64,000 bases of DNA from an uncultured Patescibacteria group bacterium. GTDB taxonomy: Bacteria; Patescibacteriota; Patescibacteriia; UBA2591; CALHIP01. Of this stretch, positions 1 through 9,860 are shown piece by piece; positions within the stretch are counted from its first letter, which is position 1; each line of letters opens with the position of its first letter. Both the position numbers and the translations under genes were made by a program. The stretch is from the NCBI GenBank assembly GCA_938030745.1, contig CALHIP010000001.1, positions 3,817-67,816 of the forward strand, given 5' to 3'. Under the pieces are notes generated by a model. That model saw nothing but the letters and a program-made list of their open reading frames with translations. It was not told the DNA's origin and made no database searches.

Positions 1-480
1 AATTAAATCTAAAAAAGTTAGACCATAACCAACAAATTTTTTAGCAATTGAAACAACTAATCTTAGATTTGACTCAACCAATTTTTGGGCTGCTGCTAAA
101 TCACCTTTTTCTTTCCTTTTCGCTAGTTCTATTTCTTCCTGAGGTGTAAGAAGAGGAATTTTACCAATCTCTCTAAGATACATTTGAATCGAATCAGGAG
201 AAATTTTGTCTAAATCAATTGTTTCGGGAGTAAAAGCTGTTTTTCCTATTTCTTCTTTTTCTTCTTCTAAAAGAGTGTCTTTTGATTCAAAAATTTTTAT
301 TCCTAATAAATCTAATCGATCTAATAGATCCTCTAATTCATTAAGATATTTTCCTAAATTGGCAGGAAAAGCATAAATAATCTCATCTTCAGTAACAAAA
401 CCACGTTCCCTTCCTTTTTTTATCAAAGCCTCAATTTTCTTTTGAGAATAAGTTATATATTTTTTTCTTTTTTTTGGCAT
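1..480 (-). CDS. rpoD: RNA polymerase sigma-70 factor RpoD, N-terminal part (gene continues beyond window start)
   Basis: Minus-strand translation from the ATG at 478-480 reads [36 protein letters not shown]...[65 protein letters not shown]. These are sigma-70 regions 1.2 and 2. It lies directly downstream of dnaG, the classic dnaG-rpoD order. Confidence 0.9.
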   Translation of the reverse strand, partial: MPKKRKKYITYSQKKIEALIKKGRERGFVTEDEIIYAFPANLGKYLNELEDLLDRLDLLGIKIFESKDTLLEEEKEEIGKTAFTPETIDLDKISPDSIQMYLREIGKIPLLTPQEEIELAKRKEKGDLAAAQKLVESNLRLVVSIAKKFVGYGLTFLDLI

Positions 481-486
481 AAAATT

Positions 487-2292
487 TTAGAGTTGTTTTA
501 AATCTTTAGTAAGTTCAGCTACCTCTTCAGAGATTTTTTTAATTTTCTCTTTATCTTTTTCTTTTTCAGCAATTTTTAAATCTTCAGTTAAGTTTTTTAT
601 CTTTTTAAGAATAAAATTTTTTTTAATAATTTTAAAAAGCAATTCTAATTCTTGATCAATAATCTTTCTTTCAACACCATCAAAATCTTTCTCAATGCCT
701 AAAATCAAAAAATCAAGATAAAGGCAAAGGTCTTCATCAGCTAATTCTTTTTTAAAATCATCAAGAGTAAGTTTTTCATTTTCCAAAGAAACCAAACTAT
801 AAGATTTTTTTAATTGTCTAATAATTTTTTTTAATTTTTCATTGATAAAAATTTCCTCATTTAACTCTTCGTAAAAAGAAGAAACTTGTTCTGGATGTTT
901 AATCAACAAACCAACAAATCTTTCTTGAGCAACTAATTCTTGATTTGGTTTTTCAATTTCTAATTCTTCTTCCTCTGGTTCTTTTTTCAAAATTTTCTTT
1001 AAATCTTCTCTTAAGACTTCATAAGAAACTTTTATTTTTTCAGCTAAATTTTTAAGCCAGAAATCTTGTTCAATTAAATTACCTATTTTTGAAATAATTG
1101 GTAGTAAATTTTTGACTGCCTTTTTTTTGTCCGACAAATTTTCAGGATCTAAATCTCTAAAAGTTGAAGAAAAATAATATTCCATGATTGGCTGTGAATC
1201 TTTTATTGCTTTTAGCCAGAGATTTTTATTTTTTCTAATACATTCATCAGGATCTTTACCTTCTGGTAGGGTCAAGACTTTTATATTCATCTCACAAGAG
1301 AGAGCTATATCAATTCCTCTTTTTGTAGCTGTCTCTCCAGAAGGATCAAAATCAAAAGCAAGAATTATGTTTGGAGAATATCTTTTTAAAATTTTTATTT
1401 GATGAAGTGTTAAAGCTGAACCAGAAACAGCAACTGTATTTTTTGTTCCTGCTGAATGAGCTGAAATGACATCAAAATTTCCTTCAACCAAAATTGTATA
1501 ATTTCTTTTTTTAATTTCTAATTTTGCCTTATCAAGACCGTAAAGGAGTCTGCCTTTGTTATAAATCAATGTTTCAGGAGTATTAATATATTTTGGAACA
1601 TCTTCTTTTTCTAAAGAAGGAAGGATTCTTCCAGAAAAACCAACAGGATTACCAAAAAGATCAAAAATTGGGAAAATAATCCGGCCACGGAAGCGGTCAT
1701 AATACTGTAAATCTTTTGGAATTTCAAAGTTCTCTTTTGTCTCTGTTCTTGGAATAATTAAACCTGCCTCTTTAATATCTTCTGCCTTATATCCTTTCTT
1801 TAACAAATTTTGATAAAGGACTCGCCATTCATTAGGAGCAAAACCAAGTTGCCATTCTTTAATTGTTTCTTTAGAAATTTTTCTCTCATTTAAATATTTT
1901 CTTGCTTCTTCAGCGTTTTTATTATAAAGAAGATACCAATGATAGAAATTAGCTGCCTCACGACATATATCTAAAAGTTTTGTCCTTTTACTGGTAAAAT
2001 GATAATCAGAAGTTTTTAAACTCACACCAGCCTTTTTAGCTAAAATTCTTAAAGCTTGAGGAAAATCAACACCTTCTATTTCCATAATAAAATCAAATAA
2101 CCCCCCTCCCCTTCCACAACCAAAACATTTCCAAATCTGTTTTTCTGGTGAAACAAAAAAACTTGGTACTCTTTCTTTGTGAAATGGACACAAAGCCTTC
2201 ATGTTAGCTCCAGCTGGCATCAATTTAATATATTCGGAGACAACTTCAACTAAATCTAATTTTGCTTTTATTTCATCAATTGGCGAAGCCAT
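487..2292 (-). CDS. dnaG: DNA primase DnaG
   Basis: 601 aa. CHC2 zinc finger CPFHKERVPSFFVSPEKQIWKCFGCGRGG and TOPRIM motif LVEGNFDVISAH. The length and layout are typical of primase. Confidence 0.9.
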   Translation of the reverse strand: MASPIDEIKAKLDLVEVVSEYIKLMPAGANMKALCPFHKERVPSFFVSPEKQIWKCFGCGRGGGLFDFIMEIEGVDFPQALRILAKKAGVSLKTSDYHFTSKRTKLLDICREAANFYHWYLLYNKNAEEARKYLNERKISKETIKEWQLGFAPNEWRVLYQNLLKKGYKAEDIKEAGLIIPRTETKENFEIPKDLQYYDRFRGRIIFPIFDLFGNPVGFSGRILPSLEKEDVPKYINTPETLIYNKGRLLYGLDKAKLEIKKRNYTILVEGNFDVISAHSAGTKNTVAVSGSALTLHQIKILKRYSPNIILAFDFDPSGETATKRGIDIALSCEMNIKVLTLPEGKDPDECIRKNKNLWLKAIKDSQPIMEYYFSSTFRDLDPENLSDKKKAVKNLLPIISKIGNLIEQDFWLKNLAEKIKVSYEVLREDLKKILKKEPEEEELEIEKPNQELVAQERFVGLLIKHPEQVSSFYEELNEEIFINEKLKKIIRQLKKSYSLVSLENEKLTLDDFKKELADEDLCLYLDFLILGIEKDFDGVERKIIDQELELLFKIIKKNFILKKIKNLTEDLKIAEKEKDKEKIKKISEEVAELTKDLKQL

Positions 2293-2359
2293 AATGAAAA
2301 TTATAAGGCGCTATAATAAAAAGGCCTTATTAAAAATTATAAACAAAAAACAAGGAATG

Positions 2360-3163
2360 TCAATTAATCATTTGTAAGTCTTTTTTAATCTGTTCTTTTA
2401 GCTGAAGTAGACTTTTAAATTTCTTAACCTCTCTAATTTTTTTAACAACCTTAATTTCTATTTCTTTTTGATAAAGATTACCTGAGAAATCTTTGATAAA
2501 AATTTCTAAAGATGGTCCCTCATTGAAAGTTTCTTTGTAACCAAAATGAAGTAGGCCTTGATATATTTTGTCATTAATTTTTGTCTGAACTAGATAAACG
2601 CCGTGAGGTATATCTAAATCTTTTTTATCTAAGTTGGCTGTTGGAAAGCCAAGTAATCTACCTCGTTTAACCCCGGCAATGACTTTAGCAACAAAAGTAG
2701 TCTCTTTTGCCTGGCCTTCGCTGACCACTTTATAAAAACAAAGTAACAAAATCAGAGAAGCAATGATCTGGATACTATTTAAAACATTCTTGTTCAAAAT
2801 ATAATCTAAAACAACGGCGGAGAGGGGCCAAAATAATTCGCAAATTGTTGAAACTGAAGCTGTTACTCTTTTTAAACCAAAATAATAGAGAAACATTGCT
2901 GTTGCACCACTGGTAAAAACAATAACAATAAAAAGTTTCCATTGGAAACCGCTGATTTGAGGAATTTTAAAAAATTCACCAGTTAACAAAACCAAAATGA
3001 GCATTATTAAACTGGTAATACCAAATCTTAAAGCAGTAGTTGATTTGAAATCTAAGTGATTAACAATTCTTTTGCCAAAAACTGTTGACGAACCGAAAGC
3101 AAAAGCAGCTAAAAAAGCAAAAAAAGCAGCGTGATGGAATAAATCAATCTCTGAAGGATTCAA
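2360..3163 (-). CDS. Riboflavin kinase domain (C-terminal) fused to the C-terminal half of an EamA/DMT-type membrane transporter; 3' part of a frameshift-split gene
   Basis: C-terminus reads AKVIAGVKRGRLLGFPTANLDKK...GLLHFGYKETFNEGPSLEIFIKDF, the riboflavin kinase (RibF C-domain) signature. The N-terminal part is polytopic membrane. The reading frame stays open upstream of the annotated start and joins the next ORF after one frame change near 3235. Confidence 0.7.
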   Translation of the reverse strand: MNPSEIDLFHHAAFFAFLAAFAFGSSTVFGKRIVNHLDFKSTTALRFGITSLIMLILVLLTGEFFKIPQISGFQWKLFIVIVFTSGATAMFLYYFGLKRVTASVSTICELFWPLSAVVLDYILNKNVLNSIQIIASLILLLCFYKVVSEGQAKETTFVAKVIAGVKRGRLLGFPTANLDKKDLDIPHGVYLVQTKINDKIYQGLLHFGYKETFNEGPSLEIFIKDFSGNLYQKEIEIKVVKKIREVKKFKSLLQLKEQIKKDLQMIN

Positions 3164-3170
3164 ACCACTC

Positions 3171-3623
3171 TTACCAAATGCCAGAAAATAAGAAGCGACA
3201 ATTGCTAGAACCGCCCAGAAATAAAATTTCCGGCTTTAATTTTTCCTTTAAAATCAACCGGGCTAAAATTAAAGCAAAAACTGGCTGAAGTTTTTGTAAA
3301 ATAATGACTGTAGCAAAAGTCACTTCGCCATGAACAGCAGCAAAAAAAGCTTTGGTAATTGTAATTGTACCAATTGCTCCACCAAATAAACAGACCCAAA
3401 AAACTGCTTCCCAATCTTTTAAACTTAACTTTTGAATTTTGAACCAGCCCAAAAACAAAAAAGGACTCAAAACTAGAAAACCAAAAAAATGTTCCAGAAA
3501 AACTACTAAATTAGCTGGCAATTCATAAAATTTCGGCCTAATGAAAGTGCCATCCAAACTCCAAAACAAAGCAGCCAGCATAATCGCCAGTGCACCGATA
3601 ATAATTTTTTTATCAATTGTCAT
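3171..3623 (-). CDS. EamA/DMT-family transporter, N-terminal half (5' part of the frameshifted EamA-riboflavin kinase gene)
   Basis: 150 aa with TM helices. The EamA-like repeat continues in the other frame as FWAVLAIVASYFLAFGKSGLNPSEIDLF..., which joins ORF 2360..3163. Confidence 0.55.
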   Translation of the reverse strand: MTIDKKIIIGALAIMLAALFWSLDGTFIRPKFYELPANLVVFLEHFFGFLVLSPFLFLGWFKIQKLSLKDWEAVFWVCLFGGAIGTITITKAFFAAVHGEVTFATVIILQKLQPVFALILARLILKEKLKPEILFLGGSSNCRFLFSGIW

Positions 3624-5077
3624 TTTATCTTTCTTATAACCCCCTTATTGGCATCTACCTCAACCAAATCTCCATCTTTTAGGACTTTGGTAGCAATTTT
3701 TGTGCCAATAATACAGGGAATATTAAGTTCACGAGAAACAATGGCAGTATGAGATAAGAATCCACCCTCGTCAGTAATAATTGCGGCTGCTTTTTGCATT
3801 GCCGGAACAAAAGTAGGATTTGTCATCGGTGTGACTAAAATCTCTCCTTTTAAAAATTTAGAAACTTCTTTGGTTTCTTTCAGTATGTGAACCTTACCTT
3901 TAATGATTCCGCCTGGGCAGGCTACCATACCTCGGAGTTCTGTAATTGGAACACTGATCTCTTTAATTTTTTCTTCCTGATAATATTTTTTTAATTCTTT
4001 ACCACTTAAAACCTCTGATTCACCATTGCTAAAAATAATAGCATGATCCTTTATTCTTTTTTGTACTTCTTTTCTAGGAATAACCAATTTATTTTTCTCT
4101 AAACTGCTAATTATTTCTGATAATCGAAGTGAAACAACCCCTTCATAGGAAATTTTTAACCTCTTAGCAATTTCATCAAACAATCCTTTTAAATGATAAA
4201 TATAGTAATTGGTTGCTTCATTAGCAAAATTCATCGCATAAGAAGCCTTTTTCATTGCTTTTATTATTTTTTTCTCGTAATTGCTAAAACCATAGATAGC
4301 TAAATTAATTTTTTTAGTTTTTATCTTTTTTATCTCGTTTTTAATATATTCTTGTCCTTGTTTTATTATTTCTTTCACCCTTTTCTCTATTTCTTGAAAT
4401 GTATAACCTTCGCCCCAAAAATAATATTTATTGACAAAAGCATATTTCTTTAAATGATCAAAAAGGCGTTTTTTTAGAATTTTCTTATTCTTTATACAAT
4501 CATTAGCTATTCGTAATAAATTAAGCCTTTCTTTTCCAACCATGGTTATTTTCTCAGGTTTAGAGATAAATTCTATTATTTCGTTTAAATTTTTTTTATA
4601 TTTATCTTTTAATTTATTAATGAAATCCCTAATAAAAATATCGTTGAAGAAAAAATAATAAGCATACGGGATTCCGCCGCCCCAAAGTTTCGATTGCAAG
4701 TCTGTCATTTCTTCTAAAATTTTCGCCAACTCTCTATTGGTTAATTTTTCCCATTTCTTTTTTCTTAGTTTATTAGTTTTTTCAATTATCTTATTAGCTA
4801 TTTTTTCCATTCTTTGCCCATAAAAATAAAAATAATCCGGTTTTTTCTTGTGGATCTTGCTTAATAAATTGATTAAATTTTGGTAATCATCTTCTCCAAG
4901 ATGGCGAGCGCCATTAAATTGACGATAATTTTTTATTTTATAATCTATGCCGTAGATTATCTTGGCATAATTTTTTTTAATTCCCAATCCAACTCCATCA
5001 ACGTATAATAAAGCATGATTTTTGCCTCGCCGAGCAACCGGAATCCATTTTATTTTTCTTTTTATCATATTTTGCAT
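3620..5077 (-). CDS. PEP-utilizing-enzyme mobile (phosphohistidine swivel) domain protein with divergent N-terminal domain of about 390 aa; no ATP-grasp domain (paralog 1)
   Basis: C-terminus reads AIITDEGGFLSHTAIVSRELNIPCIIGTKIATKVLKDGDLVEVDANKGVIRKIK. This is the PEP-utilizers phosphohistidine motif with the catalytic His. The N-terminal domain is weakly homologous along its whole length to the other paralogs. Confidence 0.75.
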   Translation of the reverse strand: MQNMIKRKIKWIPVARRGKNHALLYVDGVGLGIKKNYAKIIYGIDYKIKNYRQFNGARHLGEDDYQNLINLLSKIHKKKPDYFYFYGQRMEKIANKIIEKTNKLRKKKWEKLTNRELAKILEEMTDLQSKLWGGGIPYAYYFFFNDIFIRDFINKLKDKYKKNLNEIIEFISKPEKITMVGKERLNLLRIANDCIKNKKILKKRLFDHLKKYAFVNKYYFWGEGYTFQEIEKRVKEIIKQGQEYIKNEIKKIKTKKINLAIYGFSNYEKKIIKAMKKASYAMNFANEATNYYIYHLKGLFDEIAKRLKISYEGVVSLRLSEIISSLEKNKLVIPRKEVQKRIKDHAIIFSNGESEVLSGKELKKYYQEEKIKEISVPITELRGMVACPGGIIKGKVHILKETKEVSKFLKGEILVTPMTNPTFVPAMQKAAAIITDEGGFLSHTAIVSRELNIPCIIGTKIATKVLKDGDLVEVDANKGVIRKIK

Positions 5078-5252
5078 CTTTTAAAATTAATCTTGTTTAC
5101 TATTCTTTTGATAAAAATTTCTAAAGATAGTGCTTCATTGAAAATTTTTTATAACCAAGTTAGATAGTGTTTAAAACATTTTTATTTAAATAATCTAAAA
5201 CAATAACTGAAAAGCTATAATAATTTATAAATTGTTAAAACTCAAGTTGTTT

Positions 5253-6743
5253 CTAACCAGCCTGTTTTATTTTTCTTACCACCCCTTTATCTGCATCAAC
5301 TTCAACCAAATCTCCATCTTTTAGGACTTTGGTAGCAATTTTTGTACCGATAATGCAGGGAATCTTTAGTTCTCTGGCGAGGATAGCAGCATGGCAGATA
5401 ATGCCGCCCTCGTCAGTAACAATGGCTTTTATCTTTTTTACATAAAGAGATATTTCTGGAGTAGTCATGGAAATGACCAATATCCTATTTGGTTTAATCT
5501 TTTTGTATTGATAAACACTATGAAGAATTTGAACCGGACCACAAACTTTACCTGGAAAAGCTACCATTCCTTCAATCTTTTTTAACTTTTGATATTCCTT
5601 TGGCACTTTTTCTAATTTTTTCAAAGCTTTTCCAGTGTAGATTTTAAGTCTACCTTTTATAAACACATATCCATAACCCTTTTTCCTTTCTTGAATATCT
5701 TTTTTTGTGCCTTTATCTTTTAATATTTCATTAATGGTCAACTCAATTATCTCATCGTAATTTAATTTTCTTCGCCGAGCAATCTCAGCTAACAAAGGTT
5801 TTAAGTAATAATGGGCTATACTCAAATCTTCTATTCTGGTTTGTCGCCAGAGGGTGGTTTCTTGAAGAGATCTCACATAGATAAAAAAATAAGAAGGAAG
5901 ATTTAATTTTTTAAGTTGAGTTATTATTTTTTTAAAATTAGCCTTTTCTTTTTGATAATCAGCTATTAAAACTTTTAAAGTTTTATTTGGATTGTTTTTT
6001 AAAGCTTCTTTTAGTTCGAAAATAACATCATTTAAGGTATATTCTTTAGCATTTAGAAGATAACTTCCTCTCCACTGGTATTTTTTTTGAAAAACTAAAA
6101 TTTTGGAAAAAAGTTTTTTTGAAATTCTTTTTAAAATTTCTTTGACATCTTTTTTTATAAAAATTTTTTTTATTTTTCTCTTTTTATTAATTTGACAAGC
6201 TAATTTAAGGAGTTCCTTTTTGAATTTTAAGTTACGGCTCGGCCGAGGTAAGATATTAAGACGATAAATAATTTCAGTTATTTCACTTTGACTTTTTTTA
6301 TTTTTTAACATCTTTTCTAATTTTTCTATAAGAATTTCTTCAAATAGCCAAGGAGTATAGATATAATTCCAGGCTGGTAAATAAATCTCTAATAATTTAA
6401 CAAACAGAGTTTTCAACTGTTTGGTTGTCATTTTTTTAAGATCCATCTGACTAATTTTTTTACCAGCCATTATCATTTTTTTGTTTTGGAAATTTTGATT
6501 TTTGATTGCATCAATTAAAACCCAGGCCGATTTTTTTAGTTTCTTTAAATAGTAATTTTTTGCTTTTTTAAAATCTGATTCTGCCAAAAAAGTGTTTCCT
6601 CCTATTCTTTTATAAAAAGAAAAATCAGGACAGCCTTGAACTCTCCGAGTATATTTAGTTATGGAAGTATTTACTATATCAGTAACTAATAAAGGGTGTC
6701 TTCCTCTTCCTACAATTTTTCTCCATTTGATTTTTTCTGTCAT
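5253..6743 (-). CDS. PEP-utilizing-enzyme swivel domain protein, paralog 2
   Basis: C-terminus reads AIVTDEGGIICHAAILARELKIPCIIGTKIATKVLKDGDLVEVDADKGVVRKIK. The N-terminal domain is divergent but alignable with 3620..5077. Confidence 0.75.
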   Translation of the reverse strand: MTEKIKWRKIVGRGRHPLLVTDIVNTSITKYTRRVQGCPDFSFYKRIGGNTFLAESDFKKAKNYYLKKLKKSAWVLIDAIKNQNFQNKKMIMAGKKISQMDLKKMTTKQLKTLFVKLLEIYLPAWNYIYTPWLFEEILIEKLEKMLKNKKSQSEITEIIYRLNILPRPSRNLKFKKELLKLACQINKKRKIKKIFIKKDVKEILKRISKKLFSKILVFQKKYQWRGSYLLNAKEYTLNDVIFELKEALKNNPNKTLKVLIADYQKEKANFKKIITQLKKLNLPSYFFIYVRSLQETTLWRQTRIEDLSIAHYYLKPLLAEIARRRKLNYDEIIELTINEILKDKGTKKDIQERKKGYGYVFIKGRLKIYTGKALKKLEKVPKEYQKLKKIEGMVAFPGKVCGPVQILHSVYQYKKIKPNRILVISMTTPEISLYVKKIKAIVTDEGGIICHAAILARELKIPCIIGTKIATKVLKDGDLVEVDADKGVVRKIKQAG

Positions 6744-6823
6744 AAATTAAAAATATTTTTATAAAGTAGCAATTGATCTCGATTCAACAATATAAATTTT
6801 TTTCTTTATTATCTAATTATTTA

Positions 6824-7597
6824 TTATGATTTTAATTTTTTAACTACTCCCTTATTTGCATCAACCTCAATCAGATCTCCATCTTTAATTAATTTTGTCG
6901 CATTTTTTGTTCCAATCACACACGGCTTTTTCATCTCTCGAGCTACTATAGCCGCATGAGAAGTAATTCCTCCTTCGTCTGTCACAAAGCCAGCAGCTTT
7001 TTGCATAGCAATAATTAAATCGGGGTTAGTAGCTCGACTAACTAAAATTTCCCCCTTCTTAATCTTTCCTATATCTTCTTTAAGATTAATAATTCGAGCT
7101 ACTCCTTTTACTTTACCTGGATAAGCACAATTTCCCTTTATCTGGGTTGTTTGGATTTCTGGTTTTTCTCTAATTAATTTTAAATATTTTTTACTTTCTT
7201 TTAAAGATAAGATTCTTATTTTCTTATCCACTGTCAACGAAACGCATCCTTTTTTAAGACGATTTTTTATCATCGATTTTATTTTTTTATTTAATAATTT
7301 TTTGTTCAACAGATATTTTTTTATTTCTTCTAAAGTAATAAATCTTGTTTCTGGTAAAGAAAATCCTAATCGTCTTCCAATTTCTTTTAAAATTGGTTCA
7401 AAACAAAAATTAGAATAAATCAAAAATTCCTTTCGGTAAGCTTTAAGAAAAATCATCGATGCTATTTTATTAAGTAATGATATATTTTCTTTCTTTAATT
7501 TTAACTTACCTTTCAAAGTCCTTTTCTGTTGACTAATAATTTTTTTATAATTTTTAATTTCTTTTATTTTCTCTTCCGGATTTTTAATTAATTTCAA
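6824..7597 (-). pseudogene. PEP-utilizing swivel domain paralog 3, C-terminal part of a frameshift-split gene (6824..8318)
   Basis: C-terminus reads GFVTDEGGITSHAAIVAREMKKPCVIGTKNATKLIKDGDLIEVDANKGVVKKLKS. The ORF is only 257 aa. Upstream ORF 7701..8318 is in another frame and looks like the N-terminal domain of the paralogs. The two together are about 496 aa. A T7 homopolymer at 7671-7681 sits in the gap. Confidence 0.6.
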
Positions 7598-7700
7598 ATT
7601 ATTTTTTAAAATTTGAACGATATCATTTTTACTCCAGGCCGGACCAATATAATAATAAGAAAGCCAACCATATTTTTTTACATGTCTTTCGATAAGTTGA

Positions 7701-8318
7701 TTAATTTTTTTTGTTTTTCCACCAATTTTTATTTTTTAACTTTTGAATTAAAACCTGAATTTTATATAAATCTAATTCATGCTTACGTTGATAAGTTATT
7801 TGCGTTGGAGTTGTTAGTTTACTAATATATTCTTTAATTTTGGGATTTGGTCCAATTTGTTTTTCAATTTCTTTTTCGGCAATTTCAAAAATAGATTTAC
7901 TTCCCATATCAACAAAATTTGGAATCCAAGCATAGATCCTTAGGGCCAGTGTTTTTTCAATAAATTTATTATAAATTTTTATTAATTGTCGATCGTTTAA
8001 AATCTCAGGGTTAATTTTTTTTAATTGGTCTGAAAATTTCTTTAAATTTCTACACTCTTTTATCATTTCTTTTTTAACTTTTTTATGAAATAAATTATCT
8101 TCGATTAACTTTTTTTGAGTAAAATCACACATCCTTTGCCAAGATTTTTTATCAACATACATTTTTATATTAGTCCCTCGATAAATACTTATAATTCTTT
8201 TACAGGCTATACCCAACAATTTTTTCACCGAATGAGTAGCGGCCAAATCCATTAAGAAAATAGGGAAAAAACTTGTCTGTTGACCTTCGAATATTTTTAT
8301 TAGAGAGTTTTTCTTCAT
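7701..8318 (-). pseudogene. N-terminal part of split swivel-domain paralog 3
   Basis: 205 aa, K-rich. It occupies the position and has the composition of the paralog N-terminal domains. It ends about 100 bp before the 6824..7597 ORF in a different frame. Confidence 0.5.
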
Positions 8319-8322
8319 AAAT

Positions 8323-9846
8323 TTATTCTCTTTTTAAAATTTTAACTCGATTGTGATTTGTGTTTATCTCTATTAAATCGTTATCGTGAAGGACCTTAGT
8401 TGCAACTTTAGTAGCAATGATGCAAGGAATCCCAAGTTCACGAGCAACAATTGCTGCATGGCAAGTAATTCCACCTTCGTCAGTAACAATACCTGCTGCT
8501 TTTTTAATAAATGGCATCCAATGAGGTCGAGTCATTCCAGTGACTAAAATATCTCCTTTTTTAATTTTATAACCATCTTTAATATCTTTAACAATTTTTG
8601 CTTTACCAATTACTACTCCAGAAGAGGCACTAACTCCTTTTATTTCACCAATTAATTTTTTCTTTTCTCCTAAAAATTCTTGATGCCATTTTTCGGCTTC
8701 TTTACCAACTAAAATCTTATATCTATTTGGCCAAATTAAATAAGCACAACACTTCATTCTTTGATGAATTAATTTTTTATCAAATTTCTTTTTCAAAAGC
8801 ATTTCTTCAATTTTGTGATGATCGGTATAATACATTTCTTGAAGTGATAAACCTAATCTTTTGCCGATTTCTTTTAAAACAATTGTAATGTAATAATTTG
8901 CTTCATTCATTACTGCTTTTCTTTGATCATGAAGATAACCAAAAAATTCTATCCATTTTAAAAGTCTTTTTGTTTCATTGTCTAATTTCAATTTTTTAAT
9001 TAAATTTTTCTTTTTTCGTTGATAATTTTTAACAACATTTTTCAGTTCCTTTATTTTCTTCTCTAAATCAATATTTTCCTTAAAGTAGCGTTGGATTTTT
9101 TTTAAGAAATAATCTACAGATAATTTAATACCTTGAGCATAACTATTTTTAATCCAGAAAAATTTTTCTTGATGTTCTTGGATAGATGACCAAATTAAAG
9201 ATTTTTTAATTAACTTTTTTGCTTTTTTATAATCCTTCTTTAAAATTTCAGCTAATTTTTTGTTTTTCTTTATCTTTTTAGCTATTTCTAAAAGATTTAA
9301 TTCCTCTTCGTTGGCCCAAGATCTCTTTTTGGGAAAAGTTAAAATTTCTAAATATTGAGCAAATTTTCTCGGTTGATCAATTTTTTCTAAATATTTTTTC
9401 AATTTTTCAGTAATAATTTTTTCTGTATGAAGTCCAAACGGATCACATAATAAAGCTGGAGAATATTCTTCTTGATAAAGATTGATTAATTTTCGGAAAG
9501 TTTTTGCCAATTCTTGATCAGAAAGTTTTCTCAGACTAATTTTTGAAATTTTTCTTTCAAAGTTTTTTAATCTTTTAACCCTCTTTTTCCATAATTTTTC
9601 AAGATTTTTTAGAAAATTTGGTTCTTTCTTTATTCTTCTAATAATTGCTTTTGCCTGTTTGTGAATATCTGGCCAAAGATAGCCAAAATAATTAATCCGA
9701 CCATGAGCATTAACACCTGGAGAAAATGGCTTTTCCATACCTTTGCCGAAATCTTTTAAAGTGTTAACGGTTTCTGCTTCAGCTGCAATAAAAGAAAGAA
9801 GTAATACTCCATCCATTCTTTGAACAAAATATTTTGGTTCTTTCAT
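8323..9846 (-). CDS. PEP-utilizing-enzyme swivel domain protein, paralog 4
   Basis: C-terminus reads GIVTDEGGITCHAAIVARELGIPCIIATKVATKVLHDNDLIEINTNHNRVKILKRE. 507 aa. Its 3' end has diverged at the nucleotide level from the other copies. Confidence 0.75.
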   Translation of the reverse strand: MKEPKYFVQRMDGVLLLSFIAAEAETVNTLKDFGKGMEKPFSPGVNAHGRINYFGYLWPDIHKQAKAIIRRIKKEPNFLKNLEKLWKKRVKRLKNFERKISKISLRKLSDQELAKTFRKLINLYQEEYSPALLCDPFGLHTEKIITEKLKKYLEKIDQPRKFAQYLEILTFPKKRSWANEEELNLLEIAKKIKKNKKLAEILKKDYKKAKKLIKKSLIWSSIQEHQEKFFWIKNSYAQGIKLSVDYFLKKIQRYFKENIDLEKKIKELKNVVKNYQRKKKNLIKKLKLDNETKRLLKWIEFFGYLHDQRKAVMNEANYYITIVLKEIGKRLGLSLQEMYYTDHHKIEEMLLKKKFDKKLIHQRMKCCAYLIWPNRYKILVGKEAEKWHQEFLGEKKKLIGEIKGVSASSGVVIGKAKIVKDIKDGYKIKKGDILVTGMTRPHWMPFIKKAAGIVTDEGGITCHAAIVARELGIPCIIATKVATKVLHDNDLIEINTNHNRVKILKRE

Positions 9847-9860
9847 AATTGTTTAAAAAC

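Noticed and set aside
1184-1402. Short plus-strand ORFs antisense to long genes (also 5391..5585, 19435..19674, 19768..19971, 27854..28189, 48180..48437, 49797..50182, 50582..50788, 57043..57360 and others)
   Set aside because: - These ORFs are entirely embedded in well-supported genes on the opposite strand.
- They show low-complexity composition.
- They are typical spurious ORFs of AT-rich DNA.
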